A DNA stretch of 63,402 nt, filler included, from Chiloscyllium plagiosum (lineage: Eukaryota), in the NCBI RefSeq assembly GCF_004010195.1. It is 4 parts of one record of this genome, joined end to end, with 100 filler letters (N's around TTAATTAATTAA, not from the genome) between each part and the next. Parts side by side here need not be neighbours in the genome. Positions count along the whole stretch, not along the records: positions 1 to 28,665 come from NC_057717.1; 3 more parts are not named here. The stretch is one strand, 5' to 3'. Below are positions 13,401-24,963 of this stretch, piece by piece. The translations under genes were made by a program, and so were the position numbers. The notes under the pieces are model-generated. The model was given only the letters and a program-made list of their open reading frames with translations, did no database searches and was not told the DNA's origin. Each line of letters starts with the position of its first letter. Position 1 is the first letter of the stretch.

Positions 13401-15213
13401 AATACTTTTGTACACTGCACATTTCCACAGTAAAAGGAGGAACTCATTTATTTCTCAGGAATCTGATGATGCAATTTAACCCATCGAAACTATTGGGCAA
13501 GAAAAGAGCTAGTACATTCCGTCCGGCCAGCCTGTTGCACAGGAAGAGAGGGAGTCAAGTATTATGGGCAAGAAAAGACCCTGTGAAAATTATTTTAGGA
13601 ACAGACCGTAGCCCTCAAAGTTTTCTTAGTTTGAAAGCAACTATAAAGTGCCAAATACAGCTGCACTGTGACTGGTCAAATTATTCGGTGTTAAATTTAA
13701 CACTTTTTATTTAAAATCTGAACCGAAAATACAACCCAAAAATGAATTTAGAATAACTTGAAGTCTTTTGGGAAATTTATCAATGAAAGGTAAATTAACT
13801 GATACTAATTAACTGTTTCAAAACAGTAACATTCCATTAACATTCCCCAAAAACATGGTAAAAACGATAATTTCGACAAAGATCCCCACATACACTTGTC
13901 CAATCCAGTAGGAAAAGAAAAAAAGTCATCCAGAGAAATTTGAGAGAGTATCGGCCAGGATTCATGCATTGAAACTTCCATCTCTGTTGACACTCCAACG
14001 CATTTGATGCTAATCAAAAGCGAAAACATTCTTTATGAAAGACCCTAATATTTCCCTCACAACAGACATGAAGTTGTCTTATTTTTCTTCACCTCCCAGT
14101 CATGTTTTAAATATTTATGGTTACAAAGCTACTTTCCAGTCTGCAGGAACCAGAATTTCTACACTCCAATGAAGTTTGAAGGATAATCAATAATTCCTTC
14201 TTGGAGTTACAATGTATAAAGGAGGTTTAGATGAGGATCTAAATGGCAAAGGTTTCGATGGATATTGGCGAAGCGTAGGTCGGTGTGAGTAGATCAGTTT
14301 GTGATTCTGATCGGTATGGACAATTTGGACAGAAGGGTCTGTTTCTTTGCAGCATGAATTGATTCCCTAGCTCTATTGTTGCTTACATAAATTCTTTGGG
14401 ATGTATCTCATCTGGTGCAGCAATTCGCAAACATTCAATTCAAAACGTTTTTTTTTTAAGTAAACTCTCTTTATTAATTCTCATTTCCACCAGTCTCTCA
14501 TTTTCACTTGGACAGTTTTCCCCATGTTATATTGGGAGAACTTTTTCAGTATTTCATTTGGAGACAGAACTAATGTATTCTCCTCAGACGGGGGCAAACA
14601 TGCCGTTCCATCCCTGAACGAATACGTTGGAGCGATATGGACACCCCTGCACGGGAGGTTTTAGAATGAAACTCTCATTTCATGTGTCACTCAGAGCACA
14701 GACCTCTCACTCGGGTGAGGTCACGGCTTATGCTGAAAGAAGTGACACAAAGTTGCTACCACCTTATTTTAGAATCAGACTGCCTTCACACGTTGTACCT
14801 GGCACAGATACAGGTAAAGACAAAAATAAGTTTGTGATCAGAATGTTTGCAACAGGAAGAGTGACCAGAAGTAAATTGCAACCAGATAGATTTGTATGAT
14901 AATGTATTCAGAAACAACAATGCGGCAGAATTGAATACTAGGGATATTGTTGAGGTGGTATGAGACAGGTCCGATGATCAATGGAGTATTGTGATATAAA
15001 TAAGCTCAGGTCAAAATAGGGCCACCTTAGTAATGAGCAGTTTGTTCCTCCTCAGATGTTTGTAGATGAAGGATATGAAATTCAAGAAAGGAATGCAAAT
15101 TTTAGTTGAAACCAAATGCACTATTGTATACCTTGGCGAAATATAGACGATGGAAGTAGCTATGGGGTTCGAAATAGTTCACAGCATTAACAAATAGTTC
15201 AAAATAGGCTTAC

Positions 15214-15346
15214 CAGGAACACCAACAATAGCCAGCAAGGGATAGTAAACCGCCCTAATTATTATCAATAACGCTTCAATCGACGCTTCTGAATCTCGCC
15301 AATCCCGAGAAAGATAGTCAAGTGCCCAGGAAACATCTTTGACCAT
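15214..15346 (-). CDS. First coding exon of a GPR139/GPR142-like class A GPCR (N-terminus and TM1)
   Basis: Reverse strand reads MVKDVSWALDYLSRDWRDSEASIEALLIIIRAVYYPLLAIVGVP plus 1 nt, then a GTAAG donor (15213-15209, phase 1). YYPxLAxVGVP|xN is the TM1 exon end of this family. It is too short for the ORF track, and I found no minus-strand exon 2 in the window. Confidence 0.8.
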
Positions 15347-16394
15347 TGTTGTAAAATTCCAGTCTGTTGTCCACAGATTCTGTTCTCCCCTTCTCTCTGG
15401 AGCTGCTTATCCTGTGGGTGCTGAGTATATCGTCGCCGCTGACAATATGGGATAACATATTAAGGCAAGCTCCATACTTATAGAAGAAAGGAACCCTCCA
15501 GAGGCACAGTTTGGGTGTATGGAGACTGACTTACGTCATATTCACGAAACAAACCGCTCCATGTTGCATATTTTTTGTGGAAAATTTAAGTTAACAAAAC
15601 TACGTCGTCTGCTCTTGGTCTTATTGTCGATCTCTTATTATTCTATCAATGTTAGACGTAAAGGAGAAAGGTGATGCTTTTTCTTCACAGACTCGATGAC
15701 CCTGCTGGATTGTTTTCATGCATCTGCATGTAACTACTTTCCTAAAAAGCCAATCAAGAAGTTGTTACTGCACTGAAGTATCATCTCCAGACCAACTGCA
15801 AATCTGAAATTGTCTCTCTGGACAACTGCCCCGGATACAGGAATCAGAATTTTCTTCACCTTGCCTCTCACTGATCGATCAAGGCAACGGTTTAACTTTG
15901 ACACATTACATATCAATGATGTGTTTCTAAATTTGAAAAACTCTTATTGCACAGATTATAGGCATTTTCTTTATCAAGTTTCTTTTTTTCGCGGGAGCCA
16001 GAAAGTAGTCATCACCATTTCAGTTACCTTGATTGTGGGGATTGGAGGGTCACAGATAGAATATAAATGACATTGTTTAAGAAACATAAAATTAATAGTC
16101 AACGATGGCTGTGACGACACGAACATCATCGAGATTGCCAGAATAAGGCACAAAAGTGCAGAGATATTAAAAAAAAATAAACAGAACATGTTTGGAAGAA
16201 GGAGTGGCAAAGGACAATAGAACAACTTGAAAGGGATAAGATGAAAAAATGACTTTATGTATTCTCATTAATCGTTGTGTGATGAAGGATCGAGTAAAAA
16301 TCAAAATATCGCAACAAAACGTTAGACTTCTCAAAACTTTTAAAGGCTAAAAAAAAGGTGTGAGCTGATCAGGGAAAATGCACAGAAAAAGAGA

Positions 16395-17495
16395 TAGCAT
16401 GGTACTGGGGACAAAGAACTGACTTGGATTGAAAATTGGTTGGCTGACAGGAAACAAAGAGTAGTGATAAATGGCTCCCTTTCGGAATGGCAGGGGGTGA
16501 CCAGTGGGGTACCGCAGAGATCGGTGCTGGGACCGCAACTTTTTACAATATGTATTAATGATATAGAAGATGGTATTAATTTGCTGATGAAACAAAGCTG
16601 GGTGGCAGCGTGAAATGTGAGGAGGATGTTAGTAGGTTACAGGATGACCTGGCCAGGTTAGGTGAGTGGACAGATGCATGGCAGATGCAGTTTAATGTGG
16701 TTAAATGTATGGTTATCCACTTTGGTGGCAAGAACAGGAAGGCAGATTACTACCTAAATAGAGTCAAGTTAAGTAAAGGGGCAGTACAAAGAGATCTGAG
16801 TGTTTTTGTACACCAGTCAATGAAGGAAAGCATGCAGGTACAGCAGGTAGTGAAGACATACTGGCCTTCATGACAAGAGGGATTGAGTATAGAATCAAAG
16901 AGGCTCTTCTGCAGCTGTATAGGGCCCTGGTGAGACCGCACCTGGAATATTGTGTGCAGTTTTGGTCTTCAAATTTGAGGAAAGGCATTCTGGCTATTGA
17001 GGGAGTGCAGCGTAGTTTCACGATGTCAATGCCAGGAAGGGCGGGACTATCTTATGTTGAACGATTGGAGCGACTGGGCTTGTATACCCTTGAGTTTAGA
17101 AGACTAATAGGGGATCTGGTTGAGACATATAAGATTATTAATGGATTGGATACTCTGGAGGCCGGAAACATGTTTCTGCTGACTTGTGATTCCTGAACCA
17201 GAAGACACAGCTTAAAAATAAGGGGTAGGCCATTTAGTACAGAGATGAGGAGAAACTCCTTCCCGCAGAGAGTGGTGAGTGTGTGGAATGCTCTGCCCCA
17301 GAAGGCAGTTGAGGCCCAGTCTCTGGATTCGTTCAAGAAAGGGGTGGATAGAGCTCACAAGGATAGTGGAATCAAGGGTTATGGAGATGAGGCAGGAACA
17401 TGATACTGATTGAGGATGATCAGCCATGATCATAATGAATGCTGGTGCAGGCTCGAAGTGCAGAATGGCCTATTCCTGCTCCTATTATCTATTGT
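16395..17495 (+). mobile_element. Relatively young 5'-truncated CR1 LINE (RT C-terminus and 3' UTR)
   Basis: WIENWL..RKQRV; VPQRSVLGP; FADETKLGG; WQMQFNVVKC; LYRALVRPHLEYCVQFWS. Confidence 0.95.
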
Positions 17496-18929
17496 TCATC
17501 CCGAAAATGCAATTTACATCTCAATTCTAAAACATCAAGTAGACATACCCAACACTCTAGACTGTAACTTAACTTTACGTTTCAGGCTACCCCAAATGAA
17601 ATATTAGGGAACTATACCTATACCAATACCAAAATATTCTTGTGCAACATTGATTAATGACTTTGATCAATATTCTTGTGCAGAGATGCCAGACATTCCA
17701 ATCTATCGCAATACATTCAATTGTATCTCCTCGTAACTGCCAGGAAGCCAAGTGACTTCAAAAGGGAACAACAATAACACAATGGCAAGCATAGATTTGG
17801 CACGAAGTTAACAGTCTCGCAACTAGTAGAATCACTGAGACCTATGCTCGCAGGTACCATCAGGTAAAGGATCCCAGAGAGCAACCGCTCCAGCAGCGAT
17901 CCCGATGGCTGTCTCTGGAAGAAGAATCCCGACGGTAATTCCGAGAACTAGTGACATGGACCTGTTCCATCACATGAGAATCAACATTGAATGACGACTA
18001 CCAGCAGACCTGAGCACCCAAAACCTCCGAAAACCAACAACATGACCAACACAAGGCCTCAAGCAAATTATGAAATGAAACTCTCAAAAATGACCAGAAA
18101 GCAAAACAAATCAATTACTCACCAAACAACCATTACATGTCCCATTGCAGCAGTGGACACAAACGCAGACAGAAGGCCTGCGCTGTCTCAAGTTTCCAAA
18201 AAAATACTGAGTACCACACCTAGGAGCAGCCATCTGTCAAGCAAAATGGTGAATATCCCCCAGTGGTTCCTTTCGTTCTCGAGACCCCAAAGTTTGCAAC
18301 CTCGCTCTGAAGGGACGGGTTGGCATTGTGTGGGAGCAGGTGCTTGCAGTGAAGGGAGCCCTAAGAGCAGGAAATCCAAATTAATTTTTCGGAATAAAGG
18401 CCTGCTGTTCAGTTCTAATACTACTTAACCTGCATTCAATGTAATAGTATCTGATTACGCTCCACTGCATATTTAACAATGTCACTGTTATATTGCAATT
18501 GACTTTTATTTCTAATCTCGTACTTTTATTTTTGCAGTTAAATACACGCAGAAATTATTTTGCCTTCAAGCACTGGGCCAGCATGTTTTTCATTTGTAAT
18601 TCCCTAATTAAGTCCAATGTCAGAGATCTGGGGCGCTTTGAACCATATAAGAATCAACCATTACTTATCTCAAACCAGAAACCCTCCAGTGTATTTTTTG
18701 TACGTACATTGTACGATTTTTCTGTACGTACATTGTACGAAGGACCAAAGCACATGCGGAATCTAATTTGAAAGCCAGGTACTTCTATCGATTATCTACG
18801 TTTCTCTACGCTTACATTTGCTCATCTATTTTATCTTTTCCATCTCTCTCTCTCTTTTCCTCTCTCTCTTAAATCTCGTTTATTAATCACTCAATAGTTC
18901 TCAGTGCAACATCTCTGAAACGACCCTCT

Positions 18930-19299
18930 TTCAATGTATATCTATTGCTCATTTTTTGTATCTGTGGCGATAAGAATTGAGTAACGCAACTATAAATGCA
19001 TTCGTGAGGATCCTTCCAAGGTACATTGGAAGGGGAGCCGAGCAAGGAGGACTGTGAAGCAGTAATCATAGAGTTTCTGCGAATAATTCGGAGACATGCC
19101 TGAAATACATTACATTCAATGTATATCTATTGCTCATTTTTTGTATCTGTGGCGATAAGAATTGAGTAACGCAACTATAAATGCATTCGTGAGGATCCCT
19201 CCAAGGTACATTGGAAGGGGAGCCGAGCAAGGAGGACTGTGAAGCAGTAATCGTAGAGTTTCTGCGAATAATTCGGAGACATGCCTGAAATACATTACA
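18930..19299. repeat. 185-bp direct tandem duplication (2 copies, 2 mismatches seen)
   Basis: 18930-19114 versus 19115-19299. Confidence 0.9.
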
Positions 19300-19809
19300 A
19301 CAAAGAAGAAACACAATCAGGAGAGGACAAGGCAACTACAATTGATATGCGAAGCCAGGGAAAGGATAAACTGACAAAACAAAATACAATGACGTGAATA
19401 TTATTAGGAATACAAAGGATTCAGAATCTTTAAAAAAATAGTCAGGTAACTAAAAATGGAATGGGGACGAGGAGTTTAAACATGATAATTAGATTGCGGA
19501 AAGTATAACGGAGGTGAAAGGATATGTTTGCGTATATAGCAAGTCACATTGGCAGGCAAAATCGACCATTGGATCACTGGAAAGTGAAGATGGATATTAG
19601 TTATGAACAGCAAAGAAATGGATGAGGAAATGATTAAAACTTTGCATCAGTATTCATGGTGGAAGACACCAACAGTCTATTCGGACTTCAAGGGAATGAG
19701 TGGGCAGATGTGATTGTAGTGATGTAGAGATAGGATATACTGTTCCAAATAGGTAATATCATTATCGGCATGATCCTCTACAACTGGCAAAGTTTTAGAA
19801 GTAAAGAGA

Positions 19810-20615
19810 GTGCATTCTTCAAGATGGCATAATTGAAGTGAGATACAATCACAATATTTCACCGACAGTCACAGTGCCAAAGCCAGATGGTACCAAAGGT
19901 TATGTGTGGACTGTCGCAAAGTAAAAGCCGTCACAAAGATTGATACATACCTAATTCTACAGTTGGATGACTGTGTCGAACCATTGGGACAGATAACTTA
20001 CATTTCTAAATTGGACTTGCTCAGAATTTATGGCAAGTACCTCTGCCAGAGAAAGCAAATGCGATTTCAACGTTTCTAACCCCAAATGTACTATATCAGT
20101 TCAAAATCATGCTATTTTGTATGAAAAAACGCTCCAGCCAATTTTCAGAGACTAACCAATAAGGTCATTGCAAGATTATCAAATGTGTGGTGTGCACTAA
20201 TGACCTGGTGATTTTTAGTCACTCATTGAAGGAACATTTACTGCATTTATCAGGCCTGTTCGATCGACTTCGGCAGGCAGGCTTGGTTGTAAACCGAGCT
20301 CAAAGTGAATTTACCAAAGCCCAATTCACCTTCCTGAGCCACGTTCTTTGGCAAGGATAAATGGCCACAACGGATGCAAAAACAAAAGCAATTGGAGAAT
20401 TTCCAAAACCGTCAACAAAACGAGCAGTTATGCGGTTCCTGGGATTGAGTGGATTTTACCAAGAGTTTGTGCCGAACTTTAGCAGTATCGCTGCTTCATT
20501 CACCGAATTGTTAAGGGAAAGATGTTTCAGTGGACAGCGTATTGTACAAAGATATTTGATCACTTAAAACATGCATTAACCACTGCCGCATTATTAAGTA
20601 CACCAGAATGCACAA
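19810..20615 (+). mobile_element. Ty3/Gypsy LTR retrotransposon pol (RT and connection) fragment, decayed
   Basis: LQDGIIE...VPKPDGT..LCVDCRKVKAVTKID...ISKLDLLR...WQVPL...LYQFKIM...NAPANFQRL...NDLVIFS...AVMRFLGLSGFYQEFVPNFSSIAA, with frameshifts and stops. Confidence 0.9.
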
Positions 20616-20870
20616 AGATAAAAATCACACAACACCAGGTTATAGTCCAACAGGTTTAATTGGAAGCACACTGGCTTTCGGGGCGCTGCCCCTTCATCAG
20701 ATGGTTGTGTAGTACACAATTGTAAGACACAGAATTTATTGCAAAAGTTTACAGTGTGATGTAACTGAAATTATACATTGAAAAATACATTGATTGTTTC
20801 TTAATTTTCTCATCTGTTAGAATGACCAACCTAGTTTCAAATCTTTCATATGTAACTCACAAAACATTTT

Positions 20871-21790
20871 CAAAGATTTGTAGCTCGGGTGCTCGTTGTT
20901 GTGGTTCTGTTCGCCGAGCTGGAAGTTTTTGTTGCAAACGTTTCGTCCCCTAGCCAGGCGACATCATCAGAGCTTGGGAGCCTTCTGCGAAGCGCTTCTT
21001 TGATGCTTCCTCCGGTGTTTATAGTGGTCTGTCCCGGCCGCTTCCGGTTGTCAGTTTCAGCTGTCCGCTGTAGTGGTTGCTATATTGGGTCCAGGCCGAT
21101 GTGTTTGTTGATGGAGTTTGTGGATGAATGCCATGCTTCTTGGAATTCCCTGGCTGTTCTCTGTCTGGATTGCCCAATGATAGTAATGTTGTCCCAGTCG
21201 AATTCATGTTGCTTGTTGTCTGCGTGTGTGGCTACGAAGGATAGCTTGTCGTGTCGTTTCATGGCTAGTTGATATTCATGTATGCGGATTGTTAGCTGTC
21301 TTCCAGTTTGTCCTATATAGTGTTTTGTACTACGATGTAGTGTACAAAATACCATGCAAGGACTGCACAAAACGCTATATAGGACAAACAGGAAGACAGC
21401 TAACAATCCGCAAACATGAACATCAACTAGCCACGAAACGACACGACCAGCTATCCTTCGTAGCCACACATGCAGACAACAAGCAACATGAATTCGACTG
21501 GGACAACACTACTATCATAGGGCAAGCCAGACAGAGAACAGCCAGGGAATTCCTAGAGGCATGGCATTCATCCACAAACTCCATCAACAAACACATCGAC
21601 CTGAACCCAATATACCAATCACTACAGCGGACAGCTGAAACTGACAACCGGAAGCGGGAGGGACAGACCACTATAAACACCGGAGGAAACATCAAAGAAG
21701 CGCTTCGCAGGAGGCTCCTAAGCACTGATGATGTCGCCTAGCCAGGGGTCGAAACGTTTGCAACAAAAACTTCCAGCTCGGCGAACAGAA
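20871..21790. mobile_element. PLE family C inverted (foldback) insertion
   Basis: VVYKIPCKDCTKRYIGQTGRQLTIR.HEHQLA (GIY-YIG). 424-bp inverted arms at 20905-21328 and 21367-21790; TCACAAAACATTTT duplicated at 20857-70 and 21791-804. Confidence 0.9.
21722..21761 (+). ncRNA. Minimal hammerhead motif, family C (also 20934-73 - and 63131-72 +)
   Basis: GCA-CTGATGA-T-GTCGCC...GGGGTC-GAAA-C-GTT-TGC, with stem I GCA/TGC. Confidence 0.7.
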
Positions 21791-22599
21791 TCACAAAACA
21801 TTTTTTAAATTTACAATCTCAGATTAACTTTAACAATTGGTATCAGCCCAGATAATGTATTGAAGGTGTTAGCCCCCTGAATGCTGTTAGGTTAAAAACA
21901 ATGATTGCAGATGCTGGAAACCAGATTCTGGATTAATGGTGCTGGAAGAGCACTGCAGTTCAGGCAGCATCCGAGGAGCAGTAAAATCGACGTTTTGAGC
22001 AAAAGCTCTTCATATGGAATACAGGCAGAGAGCCTGAAGTGTGGAGAGATAAGTGAGAGGAGGGTGGGGGTGGGGAGAAAGTAGTATACAGCTGTTGCCT
22101 GTGCTGTAATGTTAAGACCGATACAAATCTAAGAAATAAGGCAACAGAGTCTTACATGGATTCATGCAGCTTTGGGGCAAAATAAAATGTAACTCTGCAA
22201 GTACAAATTCACCCCGCAAACGAAAATATGCACGAGAGAGAGAGAGAGAGAGAGAGCATGTAAATGTGTGCGTGTGTGTGTAAAAGGTTCTCAGTCTCCG
22301 AGACGGTGCTTTTGTGAGTGCAGGAGTGTGTGCGTCTATAGGAGTGTGTGTGTGGCTGTCTGTGTGCATGTCGGTGTATAGGAGTGTCCGTGTGTGTGTT
22401 GTAAGAGTGCCTGTGTGTGTGTGTATGTGTGTGTGTGTGTGTGTTTGTGTGTGTGTGTTTGTGTGATTGTAGGAATGTCTGTGTGTGTATAGTGCAATGG
22501 TGGTCACTTGTCGTGTGACATGAACCCAAAACCCGGTTCAGTCCCTCCCTATGGGTACAAATCTTAGCTATCAGACTCTGCACGGCCACATTTCACTGC

Positions 22600-23055
22600 T
22601 GACACGCCAGTCCCACATCACCCGAAGCTTGGAGGAAAAACGCCTCATATTTCTCCTCGAAACACTCCAGGGCATCAATGTGGACTTCACCAGTTTCCTC
22701 ATTTCCCCTCCCCCACTTTACCGTAGTTCCAACCTTCCAGCTCAGCACCATCCTCATTACCTATCCTACCTGCCAATCTTCCTTCCCAACTTATCCGGTT
22801 CATCCTCCGCTCCGAACTATCACCTTCATCCCCTACTCCATCCATTGGTTGCACTCTTAGCTATCTCGCTCCAGCCCCAACCCTCCCATTTGTCTCTCTA
22901 CCCCAGAGGCTCCCAGCCTCATTCCTCATGACGGGTTTCTACCAGAGACGTCGATTTCCCTGCTCCTCGGATTCTGCTTGTCTTGCCGTGCTTTTCCAGC
23001 ACCACTCTATTCTTGACTCTGATCTCCAGCATCTGCAGTCCTCACTTTCGCCTCT
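22600..23055 (+). mobile_element. PLE family A 3' end
   Basis: RSLEEKRLIFLLETLQGINVDFTSF followed by the terminal repeat. Confidence 0.8.
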
Positions 23056-23867
23056 TAGCAGATGCATTCATACATTACAGGATCAGTCACTGCACCATCT
23101 TTGTAGAGTCAATGTCCTTCCCATTTTCCAAACCTCAAACACGCTGTGCAGTGCCATTAATGTGCTGTATTGCACAAAACTTGACGAGAGATAATAACTC
23201 AAAACTGGGAATGTAAGATGCACTCTGGCCTACAACAGCACCAGAAATATACCCGTCGAAAATCTGCAACCTCATTTCCTGGTACATTTCCAGTCAAACA
23301 TTCTCGTGAAGTCATGGGTTCAACGTGGTTCAATGGAAGATGGAGGAGGGCAGGCGCGCTGTAGCACCAAGCATATCGAGAAATGAGGCGCCAAACTGTT
23401 AAAACGACCAGACACGAGAACTTCCATTTTAAACAGGATACGGTAGACTGAGTTCAGTAACTGAGCAGCTAACAGACCAAATCTAAGCTTGGCAGTTTTG
23501 TTGCAACCATTCATGAATGATATTGAACTAATAAAGAACTCAGTGGTGCTGGAGACGACAGAAAAATCTCAACTTTTAATGACGAAAATGTCCAATACAT
23601 CAGTGCAAAAGATAAGACTGAAGCATAAGGATAATCTTCAGTGACAGTTGCAGAATGAGTCATCCGTCATCACCTCCATTAGTGGTCCCAGACACTGAAA
23701 GTAACAGTCTTCAGCTAATTCTGTTCAGTTTATGTGATATTAATATGGTTGGATGAACTGCAGAAGGTTTTGGGCCCAGATAGTATTCTGGTAACAGTAC
23801 TGAATTCCTGTGCTCTGAAATTTCCGCTCCCTGAACTAAGGTCTTCAGGTACAGCTGCAGCAGTGGC

Positions 23868-24385
23868 ATAGAACATAGAACATAGAAGAATAGAAGAATA
23901 CAGCGCAGTACAGGCCCTTCGGTCCTCGATGTTGCGCCGATCCAAGCCCACATAACCTACACAAGCCCACTATCCTCCATATGCCTACCCCAATGCCCGC
24001 TTAAATGCCCATAATGAGGGAGAGTCCACCACTGCTACTGGCAGGGCATTCCATGAACTCACGACTCGCTGAGTAAAGAACCTACCCCTAACATCTGTCC
24101 TATACTTACCCCCCTTAATTTAAAGCTTTGCCCCCTTGTAATAGCTGACTCCATACGTGGAAAAAGATTCTCACTGTCAACCCTATCTAAACCCCTAATC
24201 ATCTTGGACACATCTATCAAGTCACCCCTATCCTTCTTTTCTCCAATGAAAACAATCCCAAGTGTCTCAACGTTTCCTCATACGATCTTCCTACCATACC
24301 AGGCAACATCCTGGTAAACCTCCTCTGCACCCGTTCCAGTGCCTCCACATCCTTCCAAGAGTATGGCGACCAAAACTGCACACAT
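23868..24385 (-). mobile_element. CR1 LINE 3' end with (TTCTATG)n-type tail
   Basis: CVQFWSPYSWKDVEALERVQRRFTRMLPGM; the tail reads CATAGAACATAGAA on the plus strand. Confidence 0.9.
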
Positions 24386-24927
24386 GTGCCAAACAATGTT
24401 GGAAATTGCCAAGGTAGATCCCGTGCGCACACATACACACACGTACGTTCACACACACACACACACACACACTCGCACACTACTCCTTCCCACACACATG
24501 CACATATACACATACATACAGGCACGCATACACGCACGTACACAATATACAACCCACCAAATAGTCACACACACACAGACACACACATTGACACACACAG
24601 ATTCCAACACGTACATGCACGCACACCACCAAGGCACTCACACACTTACACACACAGACAGAGACATCCAAGCCACCCCCACGCCTACAGACACACACAC
24701 ATTGAGGCAGACACACAAAGAAAGGCACACAGAGAAACATAAAGAAGCATCAATACTGAACAGTTAACTCCCCGCTGTTCAACGTTGATCATGATATGGA
24801 CAGCGTGGACTGTGGTGGACAAAGTTAAACATCAGCGCTTAAAATGTGTTGCTGGAATAGCGCAGCAGGTCAGGCAGCATCAAAGGAGAAGGAGAATCGA
24901 CGTTTCGGGCATAAGCCCTTCTTCAGT

Positions 24928-24963
24928 ATTCCTGAAGAAGGGCTTGTGCCCGAAACGTCGATT
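24928..24963 (+). ncRNA. Minimal type I hammerhead ribozyme motif, family A (also 36551-86 +; 3233-68, 24895-926, 27577-611, 44419-54, 51506-41 -)
   Basis: ATTC-CTGAAGA-A-GGGC TTGT GCCC-GAAA-C-GTC-GATT: catalytic boxes, stem II and GUC triplet. Confidence 0.75.

Larger units (their letters stand above)
20618..22595 (-). mobile_element. PLE family B 3' end (GIY-YIG C-terminus, CA-rich UTR, terminal repeat), hosting two nested PLE inserts
   Basis: QSLIAKICTHREGLNRVLG; terminal AAAAATCACACAACACCAGGTTATAGTCCAACAGG, also present in reverse at 59635-59669. Confidence 0.75.

Noticed and set aside
17750..18428. 145-aa plus-strand ORF and possible RTE-LINE remnant
   Set aside because: Low-complexity product with only faint RTE-like words; I cannot support a gene or a family call.
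18696..18740. Short 20-25 bp direct duplications (also about 4846, 29115, 30940)
   Set aside because: Ordinary slippage or repair duplications.
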